From the IMG/VR virus record IMGVR_UViG_3300031853_000011, positions 37,042-101,041 of that record: a stretch of DNA of 64,000 nt, one strand, 5' to 3'. Source of the stretch: a virus. Taxonomy: Duplodnaviria > Caudoviricetes. The translations under genes and the position numbers were made by a program. Below, piece after piece: positions 36,559 through 52,400 of this stretch. The notes beneath the pieces were generated by a model. That model made no database searches, was not told the origin of the DNA, and saw only the letters and a program-made list of their open reading frames with translations. Position 1 is the first letter of the stretch, and each line of letters begins with the position of its first letter.

Positions 36559-38540
36559 GATATAAAAGAAAGATGAAAATGCCTCTTAAAAACCTTCCAG
36601 GTTTTGCAGGAGGTTTAAGTGGTATGTTTGGTGGAGTATCAGGTTTAACTGGGAACGAATTTAGTAATTAGATTAAAAATAACGTATTACAATCACAAGG
36701 AACTCCCAACATACCTTATATAAATACACACCTTGCTTCAGGAGCTACTCGTAAAGGGCTGAATCTTACTGGTAAAGGTGGTAATATAGCAAGCTCGGCT
36801 GTAAACTTTATAGGAAGTACAATGAATGCATTTGGACCAGTTAAATCAGATGAAGAAATTTTAGCAGATGCTGGTTAGACTAATGCAGCTGGAAACGGGT
36901 TTACATATCTCAGACAAAACCACGTAGATGGCGATAAAGAGATGGCTCAACTTAGTAAGGAGAATACTAGTAATACGTTAGTATCTGCTGGTACAGGCGC
37001 TGCGTTGGGTGCGTCGATAGGTTCTGTATTCCCAGGAGCAGGTACTATTATAGGTGGTGCTATAGGTGCTATTGGAGGTTTGTTTGCAGGGTTGTTTGGT
37101 GGAGCAGCTAGAAGAAGAAAGATGCGCCGAGCTATATTCAACGCACAGCAAAAGGCAGACAGAGCTAATAATTTTAATCAATCATCTGCGCAATCTGATT
37201 ATTTACAGTAGAGATATGCTCAAGAGCATGGCACCACTACAGATGATGATTTGTATGGATATAAAAACGGAAAAGATAACAATATGATTTTACCAAGATA
37301 TAAAATAGGTAAGTAGGTTTGGACTTCTATAGGAAAGACAAAAGCACCAGCTAACGCTAGAGTCAGTGGAGGTGAGAGTATGTTTACTCCAGGAGATACG
37401 AACAATTCTACCGCAACTGTTGTAAGACAAGGTAAACCAAATGCAGATGATTAGTTGGCTAATGTAAAAGACGAAACTGTTATATTTGGAAATAATATAA
37501 ACCCAAGAACTGGTATCAGATATAAAGACGAAGTATTACCTTATACTGATGCATTGGAGAAAATAAACAAAAAATACGAAAAAAGAACTAACTCTAAAAT
37601 TAATAATCTTAGAGGTTCTTTTGGAATGCGTAGCGATGCACTTCAGCAAAAAGAAGTAAATAAAATTAAAGAACCAATTGTACAACTACTTAATCAAAAA
37701 GCTCAAGAACAGGCTTATGATCATCAAATGCAGGAATACACAAAAGCATATAAGTGTGGAAAAAGTGGTCTTCCTGGATTTGAAAAAGGAATGCCTGGTG
37801 GTGGTTGGTTAGGTAATGCCATACCTAGCAGTATTGGTATGATTGCATCTCTTGGTCAATATTTAAACGCTAAAAACCAATCTATAAGTAAACCTAATAC
37901 GTTTGTTGCAAATCCTTACGAAGGTGCTGCATTACAAACTTTAGCAGGGTTGAGGACAAATAAGTCTCAAATAGCTAAAGAAATTAGAGACAATGAACGT
38001 AGAAACGCATATGCTATAAGTAGAGCTGGTGGTCTGTCTGGTGCACAACGTTACATGGCTATGGCTGGACAAGCAATAGGTACTAACGATAATATATCTA
38101 AAATGTTATTAGCCGCTCAAGATAAAGATAATCAATATAAAGCTGCGTATGCAGAAGCTCTTTATAAAGCAGGTGCTGCCAAAGCTCAGAGTCAGCAACA
38201 AGCTGCTCAGCATGATTATGCTGAATACGCTAAAGCTCACGGTGCTAGAGAACAAATGAAACAGATGGGTATGCGCAACATTGTAGATCAAATTAATCAA
38301 TACGCTGCTAATGAATTTAAGAGAGTTAACGGAAACGCTATGTACGACTTATATAAGTAGGATCTTACTTCAGAATAGAAGAAGTAGCTGGCTTATCTTA
38401 ATGGTATGAAAGCGTATAATAATTATCTATCTACTGTTAATAATACACAACCATAGGCTATCACACCTCGTTATGATTTTAGTAATATGAAGTTTAATCT
38501 TCCAGATTATAGTAGTTATTTAAAATATAGAGCCAGATGA
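36549..38540 (+). CDS. Internal virion/ejection protein with glycine-zipper hydrophobic helices (663 aa)
   Basis: GTGAALGASIGSVFPGAGTIIGGAIGAIGGLFAGLFG; position after the muzzle gene; one frame across TAGs; ends in TGA. Confidence 0.72.
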
Positions 38541-40474
38541 TATACGGATATGATTAGGCTGTCTAGATGCCAGTAAAAGATCTATATGATTCATAGATCA
38601 TGCTGGCATCTATAAATGCCGCAAAAGATATGTACGAGAAAGGCGTACAAGAAATGAAGGACTTCAATAAAACATATGGTGATTTTATAAGTCCTATATA
38701 GAAAGATGTTGATTATTGGAATAATACTGTTTTAAACCCGGTAAAAGACGCTGTCAATAAGATGTATGCTATGGGTATAGATCCAACAAGATCTGCTGAA
38801 GGTAGAGCTTATATATAGCGACTTATTAGCCAGGTACCGGTAGCCGAAATAAATAAAAGAAGACAAGCTGCTGCTGTTGCACAAGAATATATTAAGAATA
38901 GGGGTTTGTTGGAGTCGAAAGGTCTTTATAATCCTGATTTCGAAAAATATATATTAAACGGTAAGAGTTTAGAAGATTGGGATACAGCAACAGACGGTAT
39001 GTGGACTAGAACATCACCTTAGGAGTTTAAAACTTTAAACCAAGCAACATCTTCATGGTTTGATGACATGAAAGGGTCGGACAAAGGTACAAAAAACGGC
39101 TTTAGATATTTTGGAGTAGATGATTCTGATTTACGAGCAATAGCAAAGCCTAGAGCAGAAGGCTTTAAGGATACAACACTTGGTTCGTATTATTACGATA
39201 ACATAAAGAGGAAAATAAAGGAATTATATCCTAGTATGACTGACGCATAGTTATCCAAACTTGCAGATGATTAGTTTATGGAGGACATTGTAACGGCAAA
39301 TAAAAGGCATAAGTTTATGAAAGCAGAAGCAGACCCTTATGCAATGGATGATTATAGGACTAAGAACGATATATACGCTGCAGGCAAAAAAGAAGCCATT
39401 AAGTATAACTATACTAAGAAAGAGTACGAGCTTAAAGATAAGTATGACCAGAAAAAGTTCGAAAGAGAGCATGGTGGTGCAAACGTTGTTCCAACAAACT
39501 GGACAAGCCAAAAAACATATTCAGCTCAACAGAAATATAACAATAAAGTTACTGCTAGTGACCAAAATTATAGACAGACAACATTAGGTATAGCTAAATT
39601 CTGGGCGAATAAAGCTAAAACAAGCACCGGTAAACAAAAGGCATATGCAGAGAAAATATCAAAATATTGGACAAGGATATCTAACGAAGGCTTGTCTAAA
39701 GCTGTTAAAAATAAGATATTGACTTATGATAATGCTACAAAACAATATAGACCTACTGCTCTTTTAAGTAGAGAAATATTTAAAGCATATGGTGCACAAT
39801 CAACAGGAACTACTAGTGGAAGACGAGCAATGGATGTTGCAAACAAATATTATAGTAGATTTCAAAATGCAACAATAGCTGGAGCTGATGGAAAAACAGC
39901 TGCAGATCAGTTTGCTGGAACTACAGCACCTAAAGGAAAATACAGAGCTGTTGATTTAACAGATAAAGATTTAGTATACACACCTGATAGAAAACTTCAA
40001 GTTGCCGGATATGGTAGAATAAAAGACGGCGGAATTAGAGGTAAATTTAGAAACTGGTTAAAAGCTGGTTCTAAAGAAGCTTGGATGTATAATGAAAGAA
40101 CATATACTGCGTCTATACCTAGACAAGATGGTGGAGAGAGTATAGATATAAATGGATGGGTTAACTTAAGAGCTGATGAATTTACAAAATTCGCAAACGC
40201 ACATGGATATACTGGAGATCGTGTTAAAAAACTTGCAAGCAGATTAGGATTGTAGTTATATAGTAGAGCAAATAAGGTTGTAGACAGCTCTAATGGAAAA
40301 TAGAAATGGCAGGATGTAGAATACATAAGTGTACCTATTACCAGAATTATGAAAAACGGAGAGGGTTATTCATTTGCTGAGGTTGATAAGGAGTACGATA
40401 AGAACAGGTACGGAGCTAGTGCTACATTTAAAATGGCATCAGATAGAGAAGGAAGATCTGTTGTTAAAAAATAA
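38537..40474 (+). CDS. Internal virion/ejection protein (645 aa)
   Basis: ATGA overlap with the previous gene; in frame with the 39068 and 39278 fragments; TAA at 40472. Confidence 0.68.
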
Positions 40475-40487
40475 ATAATTAATAAAA

Positions 40488-43400
40488 ATGGGAAAGAAGA
40501 AAAATAAATCACCGTTGATGTCAAAAGAAGCTTTGCTAGGTTTAGCAAGACTTTAGAACGTCGAAAAAACTATAAGATCTAATGCCGAAGTATAGGCAGA
40601 TCCATATAGAAGATACGGAGTAGATACAGAGAACTATCAAGTAGATAGGTCTGGTATGTAGACAGATTTGTCATACTATACCTCACCTTCTGACGTAGAA
40701 GAAGGTATCGAAAAACCAGAAGAGCGTGGTATTCTTGACAAAATGTATGATACTGTTTCTGGTGTCGTTGGTGGAATTGGCGACGCATTGTTTGGAACAG
40801 ATGATACATCTTTTAAAGATAAGTGGAACGCTGGCGGTATTTCGGATTCCTATAATCTTTTACAAAAGAAACGTCTGAGTACAGACCTTACATCTCAAGT
40901 TGAGGCTTTAAGAAATACAAAGTTGGATATAGACGATTTGGAGATGCTTACTAAAGAGTATATTCCAACTTTGGAAAGATTACAGCAAATTAACGAGAGC
41001 GTGAAATGGTGTGCAAAGCACAATGTTCCATAGAACGACAAATACGTAATGACGTTGTTAAACGAACAAGCTCGTTTATAGAAATGGATTAACGCTAAAA
41101 ACGAATATATAAAAACCGACGGAAAGTATAGCGATGCTTTACGCTCATTATTTTTTGATGTTAAGAACAGAAATAACATGTCTTTGTATGAAAGATTAAA
41201 ATCATATAAAGATGTAGCCGCAGCTCAATATTTTAACACAGGTGGTATAAAAGATGATACTAGTAGTGTTTTAGGATTTATTAAATCTGGAACACTACAA
41301 GGTTTAAATTGGATATCAAATGCTGTCACAGCAGTTGCTGACGATGTTAGCACATTACTACCAGGTGGTATCACACATAATCAAAATGTAGGAAATGCTA
41401 TTAAAAATACGTCTAGAGACGATAGAACATTTGATAATCTGTTTACAAATTATGGTTCTGACGGTAAAAATAGTGCAAGTATTCAGTCTTTAAAAGATAA
41501 AATATCTATGATAAAACCTGAGTACCAGAGAGCCTATAAAGAACAAAAGGCTATTGTTAACTCTACCAAGCGAAAATTAACAAATGGTACATGGTGGTTT
41601 GATCCAAAAGCTATTAGTAAAGATTTTGAAAACATACAACAAAAAGATAGAGGTATTGTTGGTGCATTTTTACCTTGGAATCTAAAATATTCTCTTCCGG
41701 AATTAGGTTCTAGTTGGAGTGATGTAGAAGATTTTGGTGCAATGATGCTTACAGATGCAGCGATGAAAAAAGTCGTAGTACCATTACTTGTTGCAGCAGT
41801 TACTAAAAATCCTGAAGCAGGTGCGTGGGCTAGTTCTGCATTAACCGCTACAGAAGCAGCAGCTACTGCTTCTAGATTTAAACGCGCGTTAAATACGTTT
41901 AAAGAATCAAAAGCACTTGTATCAGAAGCTGTTGCTTCCGGAGACATGGTAAAAGGTGTAATAAACTCATCTAGATTTGCAAAAACAGCTGAAGGTGTAA
42001 ATGCAGCATTCAGAGCTTCAAATGCGATGTATGCCGGAGGTGCTGCTGAAACTGCTGCCAATGTGTACTTTACAAACGCACTCAGAAGGAATGAGTCTAG
42101 AAGTGAAGCAATGGATGCATACTCATCAAGAGTAATCGATCAGTCCATAAAAAGAGGGATAAACATGAATAGCGTTATGGATCAAATAGATTCTTTTGCA
42201 AGATCTATTGGTGAAGACTGGTCAGATCTTGATGAAAATCAAAAAATCCAAATGGCGCTTGGTTATAATGTAAAAACAGATAATCCAGAATTTGAAAAAC
42301 TAAAAAAAGAGGCAAGAAAAGGTTTAAACAAACTTTATAATGATAACATGGGACTTGCCGCAATGGATTATTGGGAATCCATGCCTGTGTTGGGTTATTT
42401 TGGATCATTTGCAAAAAGTTTAGGAAGAGGCTTTAAAGTAGGAAGAAAGTATAACGCATCTTCTTTATATGGTGACGCTATCGAAGGTTCCAAAGACGCT
42501 GTAGAATTAGCTATGCAGAGAACTGCAAACGCTATGATTGATAAAAAAATAGACGGAATGGCTGCAAAAATCTTCAAAAACCCAGGAAGATTAATGCAAT
42601 ACAAGACCGGTAAAAAGTATGTTACTGATAGATTAAAAAGGCTTGCTTCTTTAGGTGCAAAAGAAGGTACTGAAGAAGGTCAGCAACAACTTTTACAGCA
42701 AAGATATCAAAGAGGTGAATATGATAACTATGACGGTACGAGAAGTTTGTTTGGAATACCGAATGCTGTAGAGGATTTAGATCTTGGAGTACAAGCAATA
42801 GGTGATTATTTAGGTATAAACTATACAGATCCAGATAATGCATCTGAGGAGTTACGTAAAGCTATGAATATAGGTTTTGCAACATCGTTGTTTTTTCCAG
42901 CATCTGGTGCTGTTACAAACTTATTTAAAACACAAGATGATAATCTTAGAAACACATTAGCGTAGATGAGAAACGATAATGTTATTAGAAAACTTGTAGC
43001 ATAGAATTACGGAAACAAATAGGATTAGGATCATGTTGGTACATTCTTTGATGCATTTAGCAAAGCTGGTGTTAATTTTTAGAGATTACAATCATCTTTA
43101 AATAATTTAAAGAATTATACTAGTAAACTAAATGGTGTTACTGACACATACATTGACAATGATATAAAGCTTTTAGGTGATGCATGGAGTTTATATAAAA
43201 GTAAACACATGGAAGAAGCTATGAAAGATCTTAACATCAAAAAGAACAGTGCACAGCATCGTATGCTTGTTCAAAACGGTGTCAAAGCTATCAGGGATTT
43301 TTCAGATATTTTTATAAAACAAGCAGAACAAACTAATTAGATTGATTCTCAAACAGAAGAGTTGATAAACAATGCTATCGAAGGTAAATTTGATAACAAC

Positions 43401-46400
43401 CCTGAACTAGAACAAGTTGTTTCTAATATATTAAAGAAACATACGAATGATAAAAAAATACACGAGGCTATTTCTGAAGCACTTAAGACAAAGTGGATCA
43501 AGGAAAACACTACTTTAGTAGATGATATTGAGTTGTCTGAAGAATAGAAGACAGATCTAAATCGTATTTACAATGAAATAGGTGCTTAGGCTGCCGAAGA
43601 CTATAAGCAAGATTTAATCGACGATGTAAATAATGCTAATAGAAAAGAGGCTGAAGGTAAATGGAATGCCCATAAAGCAGACGTTATTTCTAAAGCTAAA
43701 GAAACTCTTGCTAATGAGAAAGCTACTGAAGATCAAAAAATAGCTGCTGAAAACACATTAAATGCTTATCAAGATTATGAAATAACTAAAGAAGATGCTA
43801 TACGTGGTATTTTAAATATAATACAGAATCAGCATTATATAGAAAATCTTAAAAAAGTTAGAGATTATATAAAGCCTCGTCTTCAGTTTAACGAAGCGCT
43901 TAGATCTGAATTAGGTACTGATATAAATACTGACAATTTAAGATCTGTATTAGATATTCTTAATAGACGTATTATAAAAGCATCTAAAAAATATTCTAAA
44001 AAACAACTTGAAGCTATTAAAGAATATGGTGATTTGTCATATTCAGAAGATTTTGATAATTTGCAAAAATCTTAGATATTAAATCAAGCTGTTGCTGAGA
44101 GATTATTACCTATTGCTCAAGTATATAACCCTGATATTATACCTAATACAAGATTCATGCCTAATGAAGGTATGATGAACTATAGAGGTTTGATGTGGTC
44201 TGATTTGACTGATTCTGAAAAACAACAATATATAAATCAGACTAGACAAGACGCTTTAGATGCAGGAAAAAGAGAACCTACTATTAAAGAAATAATAAAT
44301 AAGTATCGTAAAGAGCAAAAAGCTAAACGAGCTCAATATACTAAAATAAGAAATCAGTTTAGAGATAAACTTAAATACAATGAAGAAGCTGGTGATCAAT
44401 TAAAACCTACAGACGCATTAGATTTGGAAACTATTAGAAAACAAGCTATGGAACAAATCATGCGTACTCAACTTATGGATTCTGAAAATCGTCATTATAT
44501 TGCTAATAAGATCGAAGAAGAAGAGCGACCTTTAAGTGGTGCTGATATCGACGATGCTGAAGATGGTGTTGAAGAGGCATAGCATAAAGTAGAAATAGAG
44601 TCTAAAAAACAAGATGAAGAAGATGCTCAATCTATAATAGAATCTATGAATCCTCAACCAAATACAGTAGACGATGAAGGTGAGTTGGCGGAAGATACTA
44701 TAGAAGGCTTTAGTGAAGACGAGGCTGATGTTGAAGCGATTATTGACCAAGGTAATGAGAACATTTAGGAAATAAATGACATCATGAGTGGAGATAACGC
44801 TAGTGAGAGACGTCGCCAAAGAGAACTTCAGAGTAGAGTAAAGGCTTCTATCGAAGAAGCTCAACATCAAGCTGAGGTTAGTGATGATAAAGTTGAACAA
44901 GACGAAAATCCTAAACCTAAAGAAAGGGTAAAAGCTCCTAAAGTTGAAGCCCCAGAATTACCTAAAGATAAAACAGATGTCGCTACAGTTCCTACTGTGG
45001 ACAATAACGAAATTCCTGCTGACACTGACGTTATTAATGCAGAAAACGGACAGACTGTTGCTGTAACCGAATCTGGTGATAATATTATAATAGATAAACA
45101 AGTTGATGATGAAACAGGTGATGTTACAATCACTGCAACGATTGCTGAAAACAAAGAAGATAATTCTGAACACAAACCGTCAGATGAAAATCCAATAAAA
45201 ATACCTGTAAAGGCTCTTAATGGTTTTACTTACGATGGTGAAGGAGACGTTGAAGAGGATTTGAAACATATTGTTAAAGTTACACATAATCCTTCTGATG
45301 TAAACCATATTACTGTTACAACACAATCTGGTAAAAAGATACCACTTATTAAAAATGGAACTGTTACTACAGAACGTGAAGGTGACGAAGCGGAAGATAA
45401 CTCTGTAGATCCAGATACAAAACAAGACAAACATGAAGCTCCAGAAAAAGACCAGATTGAAGAAGAGCTTGGTGGTGAACCTTTAGATGAGACTTTAAAT
45501 GAAGATGAAGAATCTAATCATGAAGACTTATCTGGTGATAACGATTCTATAAATGTTGAAACAGAATCTTCAAATCTTGAATTATACGATAACGACGGAG
45601 ACACTTTAAATATTGATACAGATATTCCTGCGGGAATGGATTTCGATGTTAGCAAATTGTCTATAGAATATGCTGGTGATGAAGAGTTGATATTGTATGA
45701 TGGTAAACCTTTGGTTAATGAAGATTATATAGACGAACAGCAATTACTTGGTGCTTATGAGTCAGGTATGATTGATTCTACTCAAGAGTACGAACAAGGC
45801 TTTACGATGAATAAACAGGATGTTCTCAATAAAAACGTCATAACTAGAGATTACATTGGTTCTACATTCTTCTACTCTCCTACAGATGATTCTTCATTCC
45901 ACAACAGAAAGGTAAACGGAAAAAAACTTGTATTTAAATATAAAGTTAAAAGTGGAAAAGAACTTTCTGAAAAACTTACACAAAAAGGATGGTTTGAGAA
46001 TCTCAATAAAAACGGAAATGTTTATTATGTAGTATCTGGTGATACAAATGTAAAATCAGAAGATATTCGTGATAACCTTACTGTAAACCTAGTTATTGAT
46101 GATCCTGAGTCTAAGTCAACATACATTACCACAATGAGAACTCCTGGTAAGTATTCTTACGAAGCTGAGGTTGATGGAAAAGTTCAAACATTCTATGTTG
46201 AAAAAGGTATTGATAATATTATCAAAGACCTTCGTCTTGTTGGAGTAGATACTAATTTATATGGAGAAAATCTTATTAAACAAACCGGTATTTCATATCA
46301 AGCTAAAGGTCAACATATAGACGACCCTATGCCTACTCCTGAAAATAAATCGGAAGACGAATACTTTAAAGAGATGCGTCAATGGCGTAGTAGGGTGTAT

Positions 46401-49400
46401 GATTGGTTTACAAAACTAAAACAAACAGACCCTGACGAATTCTATAAGATAGATTATCGTACACGTGTTGCTAGTAGAAAGAACGGTGTAAATAAAAGCG
46501 ATATATTTGACCAAGCAGCTATAGAAAGACAGATTAAGAATCTAAAAGACACTAGAAATCAAATAATCAATGCGTACTGCATGAAAGATAGTAAAGGAAA
46601 TCTTATGATTCCTGACACTATAAGGACAGATATAAAACCAAAAACTGCTTCGATAAGCAACGGTAAATTTAAAACAAATAGAGACCCAGATACTGATTTA
46701 CCTATATTTAGAAGTATTGTTGGAGAAGAAGGTGGTTTTGGATTATCTTCTGATATTGAGGAACTTGATAAACAATTAAAAGATTGTGGCGATGGTTCTA
46801 CTTTTGGTTATGGTCTTGGTGCATTTGCTGAAGCTGGAAGTAAGTTTGATATTAGAGGTATATTTAATCCTACAGATCAATATCAATCTAAAGGTCTTGC
46901 TGGTAAGATTTATTACTTTATTAGTAGTAAACTTATGCCTGGAACAAATACAAAAGGTACCAAAATACCTTTGATGTTGAGAGAAGAAACCTTTAAAACA
47001 CAAGAGCGTGAAGATGGTTCGTACGTTAAGTTACAAAAACCTTCTGACGTTGTCTTAATGTTAGATCCTGTTACTGGTGATATTATAAATTCTGAAAATA
47101 GCAATAGAAAACCAAGTTCTGCAGAAATCATATTATACTTACTATGTAATAGATTGAATAGCAGATTCATACCTAATTTTACACCAGAGTTAGCACAAAT
47201 ATTCTGTGATATATTTGTAAATAATGGTGCATCAACTCTTATTACTGAGAGAAAATATGATTAGAACGGAAACGATACCAGAAGTATTGAATAGATTTTA
47301 TCTTCAAAATTATCTTATTATTGTTCTAAGTAGTTAGCGTATGTTGATAAAGAGGATGGTAAAGGTTATAGATTATATGTTGGTACAGATAAGGGACGAC
47401 TTGTAATAAGACCTATAGATCTATTCCCTTCAGATACTGCAACAGAAGATCAAAAACGCAAAGCAGCCGAATTAAGACAGCGTGTAGTGTTCTTGATTAG
47501 TAAGAACATGCATTGGAATACAAGTATTGCCGATATGACAGAAGGTATTGATCCTAGATTGAGACATTCTTTAAGACAGTACTTCGACGATAATCCTGAA
47601 GCAAAAACATTCTATTTGTGTGGAAATAGCTAGTTGTCTTTTAACAAGGATGATCTGTTCAAAACAGACGAAGATGGTAACATCACAGGAAATAAGAACG
47701 TATCATTAATGGCGTTGATGTTGAAAAACGGAAGACTTAAGACAGATGTTGATTCAAAAGTTTTCGAAGCACCTTTTGTTTTTGCAAGCGGTGTAAAACA
47801 GACAACTAAAGATAAGACAATACATATTATTGAGAAAAATCAAGGAAAGCCAGAAGACGGTAATCCTGCTCCAAGTATAGTTGAAGCTAAAGGAAAAGCA
47901 CAGGCTAAAGCTGAAATAGCCAGAGAGTCTGTAGGTAAGTTTGATGAAAAAGCTGTTGAGACTGTTAGAAATAAAGTTAAAAAGAGTGAACGTAAGAAGT
48001 TCGAAACTTTATTGAAGAAAACAGAAGAACAAGTTAAGATTGTATTAGATTCGTTTAGTTCAAATCAAGTAGCTAAAGATAATGGTGGTTTAAAAGACAT
48101 TCTTGCTTTAAATACTGAAAAGAAAACTATAAAGACAGTTGAGGATGTAAGATAGGTACTTACAGAACAACTAAATAGATACTCTGAGTATTTGAAACAA
48201 AATGGTCAAGATCCTTTGGATTTGTCTAAAGTAAACTTTAATGAAAATCAATTCTTAAGTAAGAAGATAAAGTTCAACAGAGGTGGTATAATACCAATAG
48301 CTTATGTTTATAATAACGGTACTGTTGGTGTATTCCCTAGAAGTGCTGAAGAAATAAACAGTTCTTTATCAGGAGCTGGTATTACTGGTGTGTTCTCTAA
48401 ATTCAAACATAAAGGTAAGATTGATGAACATGAATCTAGAAGATGGATTAGTGAGACATTAGGTTTGAGTGATGAAAATGTTATCGTAGTAAGTGCTATA
48501 ATGAGAGGTTGTAACAATGAAGCTGTATACGGTATGATGAATATAGCAACAGATAGTATAACCGGTGCACTCAATCCTTATATCATGTTATCAAAAGCTG
48601 AAGGTGCAGGTAGAGGTCTTCATTTCCACGAGGCTTGGCATTATGTAAACTTGTTAATACATAACAAAGCTGTAAGACGTAAGATTTACGATGAATATGT
48701 AGCTAAACACCCAGGTCTTAAGAATTCAACATATGCTGAGATTGAAGAGTATATGGCTGAAGATTTCAGACGTTATGCTGAAATGAGAGAAGGTTATGGT
48801 CTTACAAATCGCATAAAGAGGTTCTTTAATAACATTATAGATTTCTTAATACAATCTAGAAAAAAATCACAGATTAGAAGAATCTATAACGGTATTTTAA
48901 GTGGAGAATATAAAGGTGTTGCTCTTGATAAAGAGTCGTTACAAGAATTCCAGAAAGCGTATGACAAACAATACGGTGCAGAATTTACAGTACCAGGCGT
49001 TGATCAGAAATATATAGATAATTTTAAAGGTATCACATCTTATCAACAATTCTATAGAATTGGAAACGCGTTGGCTTACAAACTTATAAACGACTATGCG
49101 TTAACAACACCTGAATAGATAAAACACGCCACTGCTGATCAGTATCAGAGTTTGATAGAAGATCTTAAAAGCGAAATAGCTTGTGGAAACGACCCACAAA
49201 GAGCTGTGATATTACAAGACATTATAGATAATCAACCTGCATTTAAGAAGATTATACAAACAGTATTCAAACAGTATAACATAGAGGTTGATGCAGACGC
49301 TCTTATGGAAGAGGCTTAGGCTAAAGATACTGGCGATATGAGTATTTATGAGCATACTAAGGATTCTATGAAAATTAGTAAGAAAGATAATGTTGCATTA

Positions 49401-52400
49401 CGTGCCAAATTATTCTTAACTCAAATTCAAAAGGCAAAGTTTGAATATGATGAAACTGATTTAGAATCTGGAAAACAATTGTTATATGCACAAGATGATA
49501 TACTCGGATGGCCAGAATATTTCACTTTTAACGAAGCTTGGAATAACATTCTTGATAACTTATGGTCTTGTGACTCTTTCAATCAAAAAGACAAAAACAA
49601 CGAATATATGAATACTTCTATCATGGGTCGTGTTCATGAATTAGCTAAATCTACAGCATTCTTTGCAGTATTGGAAAATAAGTTGGAAGATGAGGTTGAA
49701 GGTGATGTTGAACTTCAAAATTAGATTTTTGCAACAATTGTTAGTCATAAACCACAGGTTGCATTTTTCGAATTGAGAGATCGTAAAGTTTATTTATCTA
49801 AAGAAGATCTTGAAGCTTAGAGGGAGATGGCTGAACAATACGGTGTAGACTTTACACAAAAAGGTAGAAATTCTGTAGCTGATAGAAATAGAGATTGGAT
49901 TTTGTATGATGACAACACATTAAGAGCTAAGAGAAATCTTCCTAGAAAATGGAGTAAAGCTTTTGCACTTAGTGCTATCATAAAGGACGGTGTTGTAGAT
50001 AGAGCCGCTGTTACCAGATTAGATAATATTATAACAGATATCGATAAAGTATTGAATAATGAAGACCTAAGTGTCCCAGAAAAAGTATTCTCTGTAAAAG
50101 AAGGTTTATTAAATGCTTTATAGATGATGGGCATACCTTTTGACGAAGAGGTTCTTGATAGATATATATCTATGAACATGAAAAAAACAGACAACAGTAA
50201 TGATTTTAAAGATCAGTTGGATGCTATTGGTATAATATTAGGAAAACCTAAGGTTGGTAATCTCAGACATTTTGTTGCAATGCTTACAAAATCTATAGGT
50301 AGAGATAAACTAAATATTTCTAGAAAAGATGGTGGTAGTAAGGATGGTAAAGAGCTTGATCAATTATTCTCTGGATATAAATTAGATACTCAGATTACAA
50401 TGATGGCTCAAGCATTTAACGACATACACCCATCTTCTTCAGAATTCTCAGTTCAAGGACCAGATGGATCTACTATATATCCTATGAGTTAGAATAACTA
50501 TATATCAGATAGAGTTCGTCATTTGAATGAATTGTATCAACAGGACATATAGGATTTGTATAAATCACCTTATTGTAAAAATTCTCAATTACTTAAGATT
50601 GTTTAGGATTACGAAGGAAGCGAAGATGTACTCACAGGAGACGATATGTTTAAGTTGTGTGTATTTGTCGGTCTTAGGGATGAACGTACAAGAAATGGAA
50701 ATGATTATTTCGGAATAAACCCTATGGAAGACTATATCGCTAAGATGCAAATGACATTCTCTGACCTTATGGTTTTACCTACAATGGCTGATAAAAAGAC
50801 TTGGTATGCTATAAAGAGTAAGAACTTACATTTGATACACGATATAATGACGTGGTCAAAACCTTCAAAGTCTGGGCAATTTGGAGTTAGACGTTTCTCA
50901 GATAATACACTTTCTATATTTAGAGGTTACTATACAGACGAACTTAGAAGTTTGATGCAATACTATAACAGAAAAACTGTTGCCTATGTTGTATCTCACC
51001 CTAATGAGGTTAGAAAAAATTATCATGGAAAAGTTAAAAACGGTAAAATGGATTTCTCTGGAAACGGAGGTAAATTCAGATACTTCTATGATACATATCT
51101 ATTTAAAACAGACGAGATCGAAGTTGACGGTAAGATGCAAGATGGTCCTGTATTGAATATGAATCAATACTTACAGTTCTTATACGAAAAACAACAGTAG
51201 ATGATGAAGGATGGTGTAACGCGTGCAGAAATATTAAAACGTGGTGATAGCCAGGATAAACAATCTACTAATGAATTAGACGGTTTTGAGTTGATAAGAG
51301 GATTTCTTGAAAGTTTGAATGAAACTTTAAAAACAGATCGAAAATCTGTAGAGGATCTCATAAACGACATGTTAATGGGTGTTGTTGATAGGGAGTTAGA
51401 AAATTTATCACAATCTGATGGTATTTATCAACCTATAAAGATTCTTCAGAAGAATGGAGATGGTTCTTATAGTTCAATAGGTATTCCTAAGAAAATACTT
51501 GAATTCTATGCAAAGAAGTTTAGTAAAACTGACTATGTTAAAAGAGATACTAAATATACAAACGAAGATGGTACAGAAAGTGTTAAGACAGTTACTGACA
51601 AAATAAAACCATATTCTAAAGGCGATTCTCATTTAAATGACTTGACATTGTCCGCAGTTGCTTCTCATGTTGCAAGTTATATGATGTCCGTAATAGAGAC
51701 TGAAAAAATTATCACAGGAGACCCTTCTTGGTATAAATGGAAGTATTCTGAGCAAGGCACTGAAGTTACAATAACTGATAAGGAAACAAATGAACCTTAC
51801 ACTGTAACTGTTGATAATTTGTTTGATAAACATGCTGATAAAATCAAGCGTCTTGGTTCTGTATTATCTCCTGGAGAAAATATAAGAGCATAGTATGGTG
51901 ATGATATATTGGAAGAGCATCCAGATCTTAATAGGTCTACATATACATTTGCAAACGTAGGTGATATAACAGGTACACTTGAAGATGATGTATTGGATAA
52001 TGTTACACAACGATTCAAATTACAAGCCACTGTAAACATAATATCAATAAAACCTGAATGTTATTTCGGAAAAGGTTTAAGTTCTGATAAATATAAATAG
52101 AAACAATCTAAATTGTTTAAGAGATGGTATTCTAATTATAAGAATTTTATTGCAGATTATGAAGCTTGGGATGATAAACAGAAAGTAAAACCTGGTATTG
52201 AAAAAGAAGCGTCAAATGCAGCAAGTTCTTATTCTGATATTACGGTATCTGATGCCCAAGTTTGTATTAGACCTTGGATGTACAGATTACTTAGAATTGC
52301 AATGGGTGAATGGACCTTTGAAGAAGATGACAACGGATACAGTGATGAAAAAGCTTATAATATTGTTGAAGGTATTGGCGAATATGCTGATAAAAAAGGA

